Positions 39,801 to 54,900 of a DNA stretch of 64,000 bases are shown here, in pieces. The notes beneath the pieces were generated by a model. The model saw nothing but the letters and a program-made list of their open reading frames with translations. It had not been told where the DNA came from and searched no databases. The stretch is from assembly GCA_964016885.1 (NCBI GenBank), contig OZ024755.1, forward strand, positions 43,090,001 to 43,154,000, written 5' to 3'. Every line of letters begins with the position of its first letter. Position 1 is the first letter of the stretch. A program made the position numbers and the translations under genes. Source of the stretch: Eledone cirrhosa. Taxonomy: Eukaryota.

Positions 39801-42800
39801 CTTAGGATAGCTTAGCTTAGCTTAGCTTAGGATAGCTTAGCTTAGCTTAGCTTAGGATAGCTTAGCTTAGCTTAGGATAGCTTAGCTTAGCTTAGCTTAG
39901 GATAGCTTAGCTTAGCTTAGCTTAGGATCGCTTAGCTTAGCTTAGCTTAGGATAGCTTAGCTTAACTTAGCTTAGGATAGCTTAGCTTAGCTTAGCTTAG
40001 GATAGCTTAGTTTAGCTTAGCTTAGGATAGCTTAGCTTAGCTTAGCTTAGGATCGCTTAGCTTAGCTTAGCTTAGGATAGCTTAGCTTAGCTTAGGATAG
40101 CTTAGCTTAGCTTAGGATAGCTTAGCTTAGGATAGCTTAGCTTAGCTTAGGATAGCTTAGCTTAGCTTAGCTTAGGATAGCTTAGCTTAGCTTAGGATAG
40201 CTTAGGATAGCTTAGCTTAGGAGAGCTTAGCTTAGCTTAGCTTAGGATAGCTTAGCTTAACTTAGCTTAGGATAGCTTAGCTTAGCTTAGCTTAGGATAG
40301 CTTAGCTTAGCTTAGCTTAGGATAGCTTAGCTTAGGATAGCTTAGCTTAGCTTAGCTTAGGATAGCTTAGGATAGCTTACCTTAGGAGAGCTTAGCTTAG
40401 GATAGCTTAGCTTAGGATAGCTTAGGATAGCTTAGGATAGCTTAGCTTAGGATAGCTTAGCTTAGCTTAGCTTAGCTTAGCTTAGCTTAGCTTAGGATAG
40501 CTTAGCTTAGCTTAGCTTAGGATAGGTTAGCTTAGCTTAGCTTAGGATAGCTTAGCTTAGCTTAGCTTAGCATAGCTTAGGATAGCTTAGCTTAGGATAG
40601 CTTAGCTTAGCTTAGCTTAGGATAGCTTAGCTTAGCTTAGGATAGCTTAGCTTAGCTTAGCTTAGGATAGCTTAGCTTAGGATAGCTTAGGATAGCTTAG
40701 CTTAGCTTAGCTTAGGATAGCTTAGCTTAGGATAGCTTAGGATAGCTTAGCTTAGCTTAGCTTAGGATAGCTTAGCTTAGCTTAGCTTAGGATAGCTTAG
40801 CTTAGCTTAGGATAGCTTAGCTTAGCTTAGCTTAGGATAGCTTAGCTTAGCTTAGCTTAGGATAGCTTAGCTTAGCTTAGCTTAGCTTTGCTTAGGATAG
40901 CTTAGTTTAGCTTAGCTTAGGATAGCTTAGCTTAGCTTAGCTTAGGATAGCTTAGCTTAGCTTAGCTTAGGATAGCTTAGGATAGCTTAGCTTATCTTAG
41001 GATAGCTTAGCTTAGCTTAGGATAGCTTAGGATAGCTTAGCTTAGGATAGCTTAGGATAGCTTAGCTTAGGATAGCTTAGGATAGCTTAGCTTAGCTTAG
41101 CTTAGGATAGCTTAGCTTAGCTTAGCTTAGGATAGCTTAGCTTAGCTTAGGATAGCTTAGCTTAGGATAGCTTAGCTTAGGATAGCTTAGGATAGCTTAG
41201 CTTAGGATAGCTTAGCTTAGCTTAGCTTAGGATAGCTTAGCTTAGCTTAGCTTAGGATAGCTTAGCTTAGGATAGCTTAGGATAGCTTAGCTTAGCTTAG
41301 CTTAGGATAGCTTAGCTTAGCTTAGCTTAGGATAGCTTAGCTTAGCTTAGGATAGCCTAGCTTAGCTTAGCTTAGGATGGCTTAGCTTAGCTTAGCTTAG
41401 GATAGCTTAGCTTAGTTTAGGATAGCTTAGCTTAGGATAGCTTAGCTTAGGATAGCTTAGGATAGCTTAGCTTAGGATAGCTTAGGATAGCTTAGGAAAG
41501 CTTAGCTTAGCTTAGCATAGCTTAGCTTAGCTTAGCTTAGGATAGCTTAGCTTAGCTTAGCTTAGGATAGCTTAGCTTAGCTTAGCTTAGGATAGCTTAG
41601 GATAGCTTAGCTTAGGTTAGCTTAGCTTAGGATAGCTTAGGATAGCTTAGCTTAGGATAGCTTAGGATAGCTTAGCTTAGGATAGCTTAGGATAGCTTAG
41701 CTTAGCTTAGCTTAGGATAGCTTAGCTTAGCTTAGCTTAGGATAGCTTAGCTTAGCTTAGCTTAGCTTAGGATAGCTTAGGATAGCTTAGGATAGCTTAG
41801 CTTAGGATAGCTTAGCTTAGGATAGCTTAGCTTAGCTTAGCTTAGGATAGCTTAGCTTAGGATAGCTTAGGATAGCTTAGCTTAGGATAGCTTAGCTTAG
41901 GATAGCTTAGGATAGCTTAGCTTAGCTTAGCTTAGCTTAGCTTAGCTTAGGATAGCTTAGCTTAGCTTAGGATAGCTTAGCTTAGCTTAGGATAGCTTAG
42001 CTTAGCTTAGCTTAGGATAGCTTAGCTTAGCTTAGCTTAGCTTAGGATAGCTTAGGATAGCTTAGGATAGCTTAGCTTAGGATAGCTTAGCTTAGGATAG
42101 CTTAGCTTAGCTTAGCTTAGGATAGCTTAGCTTAGGATAGCTTAGGATAGCTTAGCTTAGGATAGCTTAGCTTAGGATAGCTTAGGATAGCTTAGCTTAG
42201 CTTAGCTTAGCTTAGCTTAGCTTAGGATAGCTTAGCTTAGCTTAGCTTAGGATAGCTTAGCTTAGCTTAGGATAGCTTAGCTTAGCTTAGCTTAGGATAG
42301 CTTAGCTTAGCTTAGCTTAGCTTAGCTTAGCTTAGGATAGCTTAGCTTAGCTTAGCTTAGGATAGCTTAGCTTAGGATAGCTTAGCTTAGGATAGCTTAG
42401 CTTAGCTTAGCTTAGGATAGCTTAGCTTAGCTTAGGATAGCTTAGCTTAGCTTAGCTTAGGATAGCTTAGCTTAGCTTAGCTTAGGATAGCTTAGCTTAG
42501 CTTAGGATAGCTTAGCTTAGCTTAGCTTAGGATAGCTTAGCTTAGCTTAGCTTAGGATCGCTTAGCTTAGCTTAGCTTAGGATAGCTTAGCTTAACTTAG
42601 CTTAGGATAGCTTAGCTTAGCTTAGCTTAGGATAGCTTAGTTTAGCTTAGCTTAGGATAGCTTAGCTTAGCTTAGCTTAGGATCGCTTAGCTTAGCTTAG
42701 CTTAGGATAGCTTAGCTTAGCTTAGTTTAGCTTAGCTTAGGATAGCTTAGCTTAGGATAGCTTAGCTTAGCTTAGGATAGCTTAGCTTAGCTTAGCTTAG

Positions 42801-42949
42801 GATAGCTTAGCTTAGCTTAGGATAGCTTAGGATAGCTTAGCTTAGGAGAGCTTAGCTTAGCTTAGCTTAGGATAGCTTAGCTTAACTTAGCTTAGGAGAG
42901 CTTAGCTTAGCTTAGCTTAGGATAGCTTAGCTTAGCTTAGCTTAGGATA

Positions 42950-45900
42950 GCTTAGCTTAGCTTAGGATAGCTTAGCTTAGCTTAGCTTAGGATAGGTTAG
43001 CTTAGCTTAGCTTAGGATAGCTTAGCTTAGCTTAGCTTAGCATAGCTTAGGATAGCTTAGCTTAGGATAGCTTAGCTTAGCTTAGCTTAGGATAGCTTAG
43101 CTTAGCTTAGGATAGCTTAGCTTAGCTTAGCTTAGGATAGCTTAGCTTAGGATAGCTTAGGATAGCTTAGCTTAGCTTAGCTTAGGATAGCTTAGCTTAG
43201 GATAGCTTAGGATAGCTTAGCTTAGCTTAGCTTAGGATAGCTTAGCTTAGCTTAGCTTAGCTTTGCTTAGGATAGCTTAGTTTAGCTTAGCTTAGGATAG
43301 CTTAGCTTAGCTTAGCTTAGGATAGCTTAGCTTAGCTTAGCTTAGGATAGCTTAGCTTAGCTTAGCTTAGGATAGCTTAGCTTAGGATAGCTTAGCTTAG
43401 CTTAGCTTAGGATAGCTTAGCTTAGCTTAGCTTAGGATAGCTTAGCTTAGCTTAGCTTAGGATAGCTTAGCTTAGCTTAGCTTAGCTTAGGATAGCTTAG
43501 CTTAGGATAGCTTAGGATAGCTTAGCTTAGCTTAGCTTAGGATAGCTTAGGATAGCTTAGGATAGCTTAGCTTAGGATAGCTTAGCTTAGGATAGCTTAG
43601 CTTAGGATAGCTTAGGATAGCTTAGCTTAGGATAGCTTAGGATAGCTTAGCTTAGGATAGCTTAGGATAGCTTAGCTTAGGATAGCTTAGCTTAGGATAG
43701 CTTAGGATAGCTTAGCTTAACTTAGCTTAGCTTAGGATAGCTTAGCTTAGCTTAGCTTAGGATAGCTTAGCTTAGCTTAGCTTAGGATAGCTTAGGATAG
43801 ATTAGCTTAGGATAGCTTAGCTTAGGATAGCTTAGCCTAGGATAGCTTAGCTTAGCTTAGCTTAGCTTAGCTTAGGATAGCTTAGGATAGCTTAGCTTCG
43901 GATAGCTTAGGATAGCTTAGCTTAGGATAGATTAGGATAGCTTAGCTTAGGATAGCTTAGGATAGCTTAGCTTAGGATAGCTTAGCTTAGGATAGCTTAG
44001 CTTAGGATAGCTTAGGATAGCTTAGCTTAGCTTAGCTTAGGATAGCTTAGGATAGATTAGCTTAGGATAGCTTAGCTTAGGATAGCTTAGCTTAGGATAG
44101 CTTAGCTTAGCTTAGCTTAGCTTAGCTTAGGATAGCTTAGGATAGCTTAGCTTCGGATAGCTTAGGATAGCTTAGCTTAGGATAGATTAGGATAGCTTAG
44201 CTTAGGATAGCTTAGGATAGCTTAGCTTAGGATAGCTTAGCTTAGGATAGCTTAGCTTAGGATAGCTTAGCTTAGCTTAGCTTAGGATAGCTTAGCTTAG
44301 CTTAGGATAGCTTAGCTTAGCTTAGCTTAGGATAGCTTACCTTAGGAGAGCTTAGCTTAGGATAGCTTAGCTTAGGATAGCTTAGCTTAGGATAGCTTAG
44401 GATAGCTTAGCTTAGCATAGCTTAGGATAGCTTAGCTTAGCTTAGCTTAGGATAGGTTAGCTTAGCTTAGCTTAGGATAGCTTAGCTTAGCTTAGCTTAG
44501 CATAGCTTAGGATAGCTTAGCTTAGGATAGCTTAGCTTAGCTTAGCTTAGGATAGCTTAGCTTAGCTTAGGATAGCTTAGCTTAGCTTAGCTTAGGATAG
44601 CTTAGCTTAGGATAGCTTAGGATAGCTTAGCTTAGCTTAGCTTAGGATAGCTTAGCTTAGGATAGCTTAGGATAGCTTAGCTTAGCTTAGCTTAGGATAG
44701 CTTAGCTTAGCTTAGCTTAGCTTTGCTTAGGATAGCTTAGTTTAGCTTAGCTTAGGATAGCTTAGCTTAGCTTAGCTTAGGATAGCTTAGCTTAGCTTAG
44801 CTTAGGATAGCTTAGGATAGATTAGCTTAGGATAGCTTAGCTTAGGATAGCTTAGCCTAGGATAGCTTAGCTTAGCTTAGCTTAGCTTAGCTTAGGATAG
44901 CTTAGGATAGCTTAGCTTCGGATAGCTTAGGATAGCTTAGCTTAGGATAGATTAGGATAGCTTAGCTTAGGATAGCTTAGGATAGCTTAGCTTAGGATAG
45001 CTTAGCTTAGGATAGCTTAGCTTAGGATAGCTTAGGATAGCTTAGCTTAGCTTAGCTTAGGATAGCTTAGGATAGATTAGCTTAGGATAGCTTAGCTTAG
45101 GATAGCTTAGCTTAGGATAGCTTAGCTTAGCTTAGCTTAGCTTAGCTTAGGATAGCTTAGGATAGCTTAGCTTCGGATAGCTTAGGATAGCTTAGCTTAG
45201 GATAGATTAGGATAGCTTAGCTTAGGATAGCTTAGGATAGCTTAGCTTAGGATAGCTTAGCTTAGGATAGCTTAGCTTAGGATAGCTTAGCTTAGCTTAG
45301 CTTAGGATAGCTTAGCTTAGCTTAGGATAGCTTACCTTAGGAGAGCTTAGCTTAGGATAGCTTAGCTTAGGATAGCTTAGCTTAGGATAGCTTAGGATAG
45401 CTTAGCTTAGCATAGCTTAGGATAGCTTAGCTTAGCTTAGCTTAGGATAGGTTAGCTTAGCTTAGCTTAGGATAGCTTAGCTTAGCTTAGCTTAGCATAG
45501 CTTAGGATAGCTTAGCTTAGGATAGCTTAGCTTAGCTTAGCTTAGGATAGCTTAGCTTAGCTTAGGATAGCTTAGCTTAGCTTAGCTTAGGATAGCTTAG
45601 CTTAGGATAGCTTAGGATAGCTTAGCTTAGCTTAGCTTAGGATAGCTTAGCTTAGGATAGCTTAGGATAGCTTAGCTTAGCTTAGCTTAGGATAGCTTAG
45701 CTTAGCTTAGCTTAGCTTTGCTTAGGATAGCTTAGTTTAGCTTAGCTTAGGATAGCTTAGCTTAGCTTAGCTTAGGATAGCTTAGCTTAGCTTAGCTTAG
45801 GATAGCTTAGCTTAGCTTAGCTTAGGATAGCTTAGCTTAGGATAGCTTAGGATAGCTTAGCTTAGCTTAGCTTAGGATAGCTTAGCTTAGCTTAGCTTAG

Positions 45901-48900
45901 CTTTGCTTAGGATAGCTTAGTTTAGCTTAGCTTAGGATAGCTTAGCTTAGCTTAGCTTAGGATAGCTTACCTTAGGAGAGCTTAGCTTAGGATAGCTTAG
46001 CTTAGGATAGCTTAGCTTAGGATAGCTTAGGATAGCTTAGCTTAGCATAGCTTAGGATAGCTTAGCTTAGCTTAGCTTAGGATAGGTTAGCTTAGCTTAG
46101 CTTAGGATAGCTTAGCTTAGCTTAGCTTAGCATAGCTTAGGATAGCTTAGCTTAGGATAGCTTAGCTTAGCTTAGCTTAGGATAGCTTAGCTTAGCTTAG
46201 GATAGCTTAGCTTAGCTTAGCTTAGGATAGCTTAGCTTAGGATAGCTTAGGATAGCTTAGCTTAGCTTAGCTTAGGATAGCTTAGCTTAGGATAGCTTAG
46301 GATAGCTTAGCTTAGCTTAGCTTAGGATAGCTTAGCTTAGCTTAGCTTAGCTTTGCTTAGGATAGCTTAGTTTAGCTTAGCTTAGGATAGCTTAGCTTAG
46401 CTTAGCTTAGGATAGCTTAGCTTAGGATAGCTTAGCTTAGCTTAGCTTAGGATAGCTTAGCTTAGCTTAGCTTAGGATAGCTTAGCTTAGCTTAGGATAG
46501 CTTAGCTTAGCTTAGCTTAGGATAGCTTAGCTTAGGATAGCTTAGGATAGCTTAGCTTAGCTTAGCTTAGGATAGCTTAGCTTAGGATAGCTTAGGATAG
46601 CTTAGCTTAGCTTAGCTTAGGATAGCTTAGCTTAGCTTAGCTTAGCTTTGCTTAGGATAGCTTAGTTTAGCTTAGCTTAGGATAGCTTAGCTTAGCTTAG
46701 CTTAGGATAGCTTAGCTTAGCTTAGCTTAGGATAGCTTAGCTTAGCTTAGCTTAGGATAGCTTAGCTTAGGATAGCTTAGCTTAGCTTAGCTTAGGATAG
46801 CTTAGCTTAGCTTAGCTTAGGATAGCTTAGCTTAGCTTAGCTTAGGATAGCTTAGCTTAGCTTAGCTTAGCTTAGGATAGCTTAGCTTAGGATAGCTTAG
46901 GATAGCTTAGCTTCGGATAGCTTAGGATAGCTTAGCTTAGGATAGATTAGGATAGCTTAGCTTAGGATAGCTTAGGATAGCTTAGCTTAGGATAGCTTAG
47001 CTTAGGATAGCTTAGCTTAGGATAGCTTAGGATAGCTTAGCTTAGCTTAGCTTAGGATAGCTTAGGATAGATTAGCTTAGGATAGCTTAGCTTAGGATAG
47101 CTTAGCTTAGGATAGCTTAGCTTAGCTTAGCTTAGCTTAGCTTAGGATAGCTTAGGATAGCTTAGCTTCGGATAGCTTAGGATAGCTTAGCTTAGGATAG
47201 ATTAGGATAGCTTAGCTTAGGATAGCTTAGGATAGCTTAGCTTAGGATAGCTTAGCTTAGGATAGCTTAGCTTAGGATAGCTTAGCTTAGCTTAGCTTAG
47301 GATAGCTTAGCTTAGCTTAGGATAGCTTAGCTTAGCTTAGCTTAGGATAGCTTACCTTAGGAGAGCTTAGCTTAGGATAGCTTAGCTTAGGATAGCTTAG
47401 CTTAGGATAGCTTAGGATAGCTTAGCTTAGCATAGCTTAGGATAGCTTAGCTTAGCTTAGCTTAGGATAGGTTAGCTTAGCTTAGCTTAGGATAGCTTAG
47501 CTTAGCTTAGCTTAGCATAGCTTAGGATAGCTTAGCTTAGGATAGCTTAGCTTAGCTTAGCTTAGGATAGCTTAGCTTAGCTTAGGATAGCTTAGCTTAG
47601 CTTAGCTTAGGATAGCTTAGCTTAGGATAGCTTAGGATAGCTTAGCTTAGCTTAGCTTAGGATAGCTTAGCTTAGGATAGCTTAGGATAGCTTAGCTTAG
47701 CTTAGCTTAGGATAGCTTAGCTTAGCTTAGCTTAGCTTTGCTTAGGATAGCTTAGTTTAGCTTAGCTTAGGATAGCTTAGCTTAGCTTAGCTTAGGATAG
47801 CTTAGCTTAGCTTAGCTTAGGATAGCTTAGCTTAGCTTAGGATAGCTTAGCTTAGCTTAGCTTAGGATAGCTTACCTTAGGAGAGCTTAGCTTAGGATAG
47901 CTTAGCTTAGGATAGCTTAGCTTAGGATAGCTTAGGATAGCTTAGCTTAGCATAGCTTAGGATAGCTTAGCTTAGCTTAGCTTAGGATAGGTTAGCTTAG
48001 CTTAGCTTAGGATAGCTTAGCTTAGCTTAGCTTAGCATAGCTTAGGATAGCTTAGCTTAGGATAGCTTAGCTTAGCTTAGCTTAGGATAGCTTAGCTTAG
48101 CTTAGGATAGCTTAGCTTAGCTTAGCTTAGGATAGGTTAGCTTAGCTTAGCTTAGGATAGCTTAGCTTAGCTTAGCTTAGCATAGCTTAGGATAGCTTAG
48201 CTTAGGATAGCTTAGCTTAGCTTAGCTTAGGATAGCTTAGCTTAGCTTAGGATAGCTTAGCTTAGCTTAGCTTAGGATAGCTTAGCTTAGGATAGCTTAG
48301 GATAGCTTAGCTTAGCTTAGCTTAGGATAGCTTAGCTTAGGATAGCTTAGGATAGCTTAGCTTAGCTTAGCTTAGGATAGCTTAGCTTAGCTTAGCTTAG
48401 CTTTGCTTAGGATAGCTTAGTTTAGCTTAGCTTAGGATAGCTTAGCTTAGCTTAGCTTAGGATAGCTTAGCTTAGCTTAGCTTAGGATAGCTTAGGATAG
48501 ATTAGCTTAGGATAGCTTAGCTTAGGATAGCTTAGCCTAGGATAGCTTAGCTTAGCTTAGCTTAGCTTAGCTTAGGATAGCTTAGGATAGCTTAGCTTCG
48601 GATAGCTTAGGATAGATTAGGATAGCTTAGCTTAGGATAGCTTAGGATAGCTTAGCTTAGGATAGCTTAGCTTAGGATAGCTTAGCTTAGGATAGCTTAG
48701 GATAGCTTAGCTTAGCTTAGCTTAGGATAGCTTAGGATAGATTAGCTTAGGATAGCTTAGCTTAGGATAGCTTAGCTTAGGATAGCTTAGCTTAGCTTAG
48801 CTTAGCTTAGCTTAGGATAGCTTAGGATAGCTTAGCTTCGGATAGCTTAGGATAGCTTAGCTTAGGATAGATTAGGATAGCTTAGCTTAGGATAGCTTAG

Positions 48901-51900
48901 GATAGCTTAGCTTAGGATAGCTTAGCTTAGGATAGCTTAGCTTAGGATAGCTTAGCTTAGCTTAGCTTAGGATAGCTTAGCTTAGCTTAGGATAGCTTAG
49001 CTTAGCTTAGCTTAGGATAGCTTACCTTAGGAGAGCTTAGCTTAGGATAGCTTAGCTTAGGATAGCTTAGCTTAGGATAGCTTAGGATAGCTTAGCTTAG
49101 CATAGCTTAGGATAGCTTAGCTTAGCTTAGCTTAGGATAGGTTAGCTTAGCTTAGCTTAGGATAGCTTAGCTTAGCTTAGCTTAGCATAGCTTAGGATAG
49201 CTTAGCTTAGGATAGCTTAGCTTAGCTTAGCTTAGGATAGCTTAGCTTAGCTTAGGATAGCTTAGCTTAGCTTAGCTTAGGATAGCTTAGCTTAGGATAG
49301 CTTAGGATAGCTTAGCTTAGCTTAGCTTAGGATAGCTTAGCTTAGGATAGCTTAGGATAGCTTAGCTTAGCTTAGCTTAGGATAGCTTAGCTTAGCTTAG
49401 CTTAGCTTTGCTTAGGATAGCTTAGTTTAGCTTAGCTTAGGATAGCTTAGCTTAGCTTAGCTTAGGATAGCTTAGCTTAGCTTAGCTTAGGATAGCTTAG
49501 GATAGATTAGCTTAGGATAGCTTAGCTTAGGATAGCTTAGCCTAGGATAGCTTAGCTTAGCTTAGCTTAGCTTAGCTTAGGATAGCTTAGGATAGCTTAG
49601 CTTCGGATAGCTTAGGATAGCTTAGCTTAGGATAGATTAGGATAGCTTAGCTTAGGATAGCTTAGGATAGCTTAGCTTAGGATAGCTTAGCTTAGGATAG
49701 CTTAGCTTAGGATAGCTTAGGATAGCTTAGCTTAGCTTAGCTTAGGATAGCTTAGGATAGATTAGCTTAGGATAGCTTAGCTTAGGATAGCTTAGCTTAG
49801 GATAGCTTAGCTTAGCTTAGCTTAGCTTAGCTTAGGATAGCTTAGGATAGCTTAGCTTCGGATAGCTTAGGATAGCTTAGCTTAGGATAGATTAGGATAG
49901 CTTAGCTTAGGATAGCTTAGGATAGCTTAGCTTAGGATAGCTTAGCTTAGGATAGCTTAGCTTAGGATAGCTTAGCTTAGCTTAGCTTAGGATAGCTTAG
50001 CTTAGCTTAGGATAGCTTAGCTTAGCTTAGCTTAGGATAGCTTACCTTAGGAGAGCTTAGCTTAGGATAGCTTAGCTTAGGATAGCTTAGCTTAGGATAG
50101 CTTAGGATAGCTTAGCTTAGCATAGCTTAGGATAGCTTAGCTTAGCTTAGCTTAGGATAGGTTAGCTTAGCTTAGCTTAGGATAGCTTAGCTTAGCTTAG
50201 CTTAGCATAGCTTAGGATAGCTTAGCTTAGGATAGCTTAGCTTAGCTTAGCTTAGGATAGCTTAGCTTAGCTTAGGATAGCTTAGCTTAGCTTAGCTTAG
50301 GATAGCTTAGCTTAGGATAGCTTAGGATAGCTTAGCTTAGCTTAGCTTAGGATAGCTTAGCTTAGGATAGCTTAGGATAGCTTAGCTTAGCTTAGCTTAG
50401 GATAGCTTAGCTTAGCTTAGCTTAGCTTTGCTTAGGATAGCTTAGTTTAGCTTAGCTTAGGATAGCTTAGCTTAGCTTAGCTTAGGATAGCTTAGCTTAG
50501 CTTAGCTTAGGATAGCTTAGCTTAGCTTAGCTTAGGATAGCTTAGCTTAGGATAGCTTAGCTTAGCTTAGCTTAGGATAGCTTAGCTTAGCTTAGCTTAG
50601 GATAGCTTAGGATAGATTAGCTTAGGATAGCTTAGCTTAGGATAGCTTAGCTTAGGATAGCTTAGCTTAGCTTAGCTTAGCTTAGCTTAGGATAGCTTAG
50701 GATAGCTTAGCTTCGGATAGCTTAGGATAGCTTAGCTTAGGATAGATTAGGATAGCTTAGCTTAGGATAGCTTAGGATAGCTTAGCTTAGGATAGCTTAG
50801 CTTAGGATAGCTTAGCTTAGGATAGCTTAGCTTAGCTTAGCTTAGGATAGCTTAGCTTAGCTTAGGATAGCTTAGCTTAGGAGAGCTTAGCTTAGGATAG
50901 CTTAGCTTAGGATAGCTTAGCTTAGGATAGCTTAGGATAGCTTAGCTTAGCATAGCTTAGGATAGCTTAGCTTAGCTTAGCTTAGGATAGGTTAGCTTAG
51001 CTTAGCTTAGGATAGCTTAGCTTAGCTTAGCTTAGCATAGCTTAGGATAGCTTAGCTTAGGATAGCTTAGCTTAGCTTAGCTTAGGATAGCTTAGCTTAG
51101 CTTAGGATAGCTTAGCTTAGCTTAGCTTAGGATAGCTTAGCTTAGGATAGCTTAGGATAGCTTAGCTTAGCTTAGCTTAGGATAGCTTAGCTTAGGATAG
51201 CTTAGGATAGCTTAGCTTAGCTTAGCTTAGGATAGCTTAGCTTAGCTTAGCTTAGCTTTGCTTAGGATAGCTTAGTTTAGCTTAGCTTAGGATAGCTTAG
51301 CTTAGCTTAGCTTAGGATAGCTTAGCTTAGCTTAGCTTAGGATAGCTTAGGATAGATTAGCTTAGGATAGCTTAGCTTAGGATAGCTTAGCCTAGGATAG
51401 CTTAGCTTAGCTTAGCTTAGCTTAGCTTAGGATAGCTTAGGATAGCTTAGCTTCGGATAGCTTAGGATAGCTTAGCTTAGGATAGATTAGGATAGCTTAG
51501 CTTAGGATAGCTTAGGATAGCTTAGCTTAGGATAGCTTAGCTTAGGATAGCTTAGCTTAGGATAGCTTAGGATAGCTTAGCTTAGCTTAGCTTAGGATAG
51601 CTTAGGATAGATTAGCTTAGGATAGCTTAGCTTAGGATAGCTTAGCTTAGGATAGCTTAGCTTAGCTTAGCTTAGCTTAGCTTAGGATAGCTTAGGATAG
51701 CTTAGCTTCGGATAGCTTAGGATAGCTTAGCTTAGGATAGATTAGGATAGCTTAGCTTAGGATAGCTTAGGATAGCTTAGCTTAGGATAGCTTAGCTTAG
51801 GATAGCTTAGCTTAGGATAGCTTAGCTTAGCTTAGCTTAGGATAGCTTAGCTTAGCTTAGGATAGCTTAGCTTAGCTTAGCTTAGGATAGCTTACCTTAG

Positions 51901-54900
51901 GAGAGCTTAGCTTAGGATAGCTTAGCTTAGGATAGCTTAGCTTAGGATAGCTTAGGATAGCTTAGCTTAGCATAGCTTAGGATAGCTTAGCTTAGCTTAG
52001 CTTAGGATAGGTTAGCTTAGCTTAGCTTAGGATAGCTTAGCTTAGCTTAGCTTAGCATAGCTTAGGATAGCTTAGCTTAGGATAGCTTAGCTTAGCTTAG
52101 CTTAGGATAGCTTAGCTTAGCTTAGGATAGCTTAGCTTAGCTTAGCTTAGGATAGCTTAGCTTAGGATAGCTTAGGATAGCTTAGCTTAGCTTAGCTTAG
52201 GATAGCTTAGCTTAGGATAGCTTAGGATAGCTTAGCTTAGCTTAGCTTAGGATAGCTTAGCTTAGCTTAGCTTAGCTTTGCTTAGGATAGCTTAGTTTAG
52301 CTTAGCTTAGGATAGCTTAGCTTAGCTTAGCTTAGGATAGCTTAGCTTAGCTTAGGATAGCTTAGCTTAGCTTAGCTTAGGATAGCTTACCTTAGGAGAG
52401 CTTAGCTTAGGATAGCTTAGCTTAGGATAGCTTAGCTTAGGATAGCTTAGGATAGCTTAGCTTAGCATAGCTTAGGATAGCTTAGCTTAGCTTAGCTTAG
52501 GATAGGTTAGCTTAGCTTAGCTTAGGATAGCTTAGCTTAGCTTAGCTTAGCATAGCTTAGGATAGCTTAGCTTAGGATAGCTTAGCTTAGCTTAGCTTAG
52601 GATAGCTTAGCTTAGCTTAGGATAGCTTAGCTTAGCTTAGCTTAGGATAGCTTAGCTTAGGATAGCTTAGGATAGCTTAGCTTAGCTTAGCTTAGGATAG
52701 CTTAGCTTAGGATAGCTTAGGATAGCTTAGCTTAGCTTAGCTTAGGATAGCTTAGCTTAGCTTAGCTTAGCTTTGCTTAGGATAGCTTAGTTTAGCTTAG
52801 CTTAGGATAGCTTAGCTTAGCTTAGCTTAGGATAGCTTAGCTTAGCTTAGCTTAGGATAGCTTAGCTTAGCTTAGCTTAGGATAGCTTAGCTTAGGATAG
52901 CTTAGCTTAGCTTAGCTTAGGATAGCTTAGCTTAGCTTAGCTTAGGATAGCTTAGGATAGATTAGCTTAGGATAGCTTAGCTTAGGATAGCTTAGCTTAG
53001 GATAGCTTAGCTTAGCTTAGCTTAGCTTAGCTTAGGATAGCTTAGGATAGCTTAGCTTCGGATAGCTTAGGATAGCTTAGCTTAGGATAGATTAGGATAG
53101 CTTAGCTTAGGATAGCTTAGGATAGCTTAGCTTAGGATAGCTTAGCTTAGGATAGCTTAGCTTAGGATAGCTTAGCTTAGCTTAGCTTAGGATAGCTTAG
53201 CTTAGCTTAGGATAGCTTAGCTTAGCTTAGCTTAGGATAGCTTACCTTAGGAGAGCTTAGCTTAGGATAGCTTAGCTTAGGATAGCTTAGCTTAGGATAG
53301 CTTAGGATAGCTTAGCTTAGCATAGCTTAGGATAGCTTAGCTTAGCTTAGCTTAGGATAGGTTAGCTTAGCTTAGCTTAGGATAGCTTAGCTTAGCTTAG
53401 CTTAGCATAGCTTAGGATAGCTTAGCTTAGGATAGCTTAGCTTAGCTTAGCTTAGGATAGCTTAGCTTAGGATAGCTTAGCTTAGCATAGCTTAGGATAG
53501 CTTAGCTTAGGATAGCTTAGCTTAGCTTAGCTTAGGATAGCTTAGCTTAGGATAGCTTAGCTTAGGATAGCTTAGGATAGCTTAGCTTAGGATAGCTTAG
53601 CTTAGGATAGCTTAGCTTAGGATAGCTTAGGATAGCTTAGCTTAGCTTAGCTTAGGATAGCTTAGGATAGATTAGCTTAGGATAGCTTAGCTTAGGATAG
53701 CTTAGCTTAGGATAGCTTAGCTTAGCTTAGCTTAGCTTAGCTTAGGATAGCTTAGGATAGCTTAGCTTCGGATAGCTTAGGATAGCTTAGCTTAGGATAG
53801 ATTAGGATAGCTTAGCTTAGGATAGCTTAGGATAGCTTAGCTTAGGATAGCTTAGCTTAGGATAGCTTAGCTTAGGATAGCTTAGCTTAGCTTAGCTTAG
53901 GATAGCTTAGCTTAGCTTAGGATAGCTTAGCTTAGCTTAGCTTAGGATAGCTTACCTTAGGAGAGCTTAGCTTAGGATAGCTTAGCTTAGGATAGCTTAG
54001 CTTAGGATAGCTTAGGATAGCTTAGCTTAGCATAGCTTAGGATAGCTTAGCTTAGCTTAGCTTAGGATAGGTTAGCTTAGCTTAGCTTAGGATAGCTTAG
54101 CTTAGCTTAGCTTAGCATAGCTTAGGATAGCTTAGCTTAGGATAGCTTAGCTTAGCTTAGCTTAGGATAGCTTAGCTTAGCTTAGGATAGCTTAGCTTAG
54201 CTTAGCTTAGGATAGCTTAGCTTAGGATAGCTTAGGATAGCTTAGCTTAGCTTAGCTTAGGATAGCTTAGCTTAGGATAGCTTAGGATAGCTTAGCTTAG
54301 CTTAGCTTAGGATAGCTTAGCTTAGCTTAGCTTAGCTTTGCTTAGGATAGCTTAGTTTAGCTTAGCTTAGGATAGCTTAGCTTAGCTTAGCTTAGGATAG
54401 CTTAGCTTAGCTTAGCTTAGGATAGCTTAGCTTAGCTTAGCTTAGGATAGCTTAGCTTAGGATAGCTTAGCTTAGCTTAGCTTAGGATAGCTTAGCTTAG
54501 CTTAGCTTAGGATAGCTTAGGATAGATTAGCTTAGGATAGCTTAGCTTAGGATAGCTTAGCTTAGGATAGCTTAGCTTAGCTTAGCTTAGCTTAGCTTAG
54601 GATAGCTTAGGATAGCTTAGCTTCGGATAGCTTAGGATAGCTTAGCTTAGGATAGATTAGGATAGCTTAGCTTAGGATAGCTTAGGATAGCTTAGCTTAG
54701 GATAGCTTAGCTTAGGATAGCTTAGCCTAGGATAGCTTAGCTTAGCTTAGCTTAGCTTAGCTTAGGATAGCTTAGGATAGCTTAGCTTCGGATAGCTTAG
54801 GATAGCTTAGCTTAGGATAGATTAGGATAGCTTAGCTTAGGATAGCTTAGGATAGCTTAGCTTAGGATAGCTTAGCTTAGGATAGCTTAGCTTAGGATAG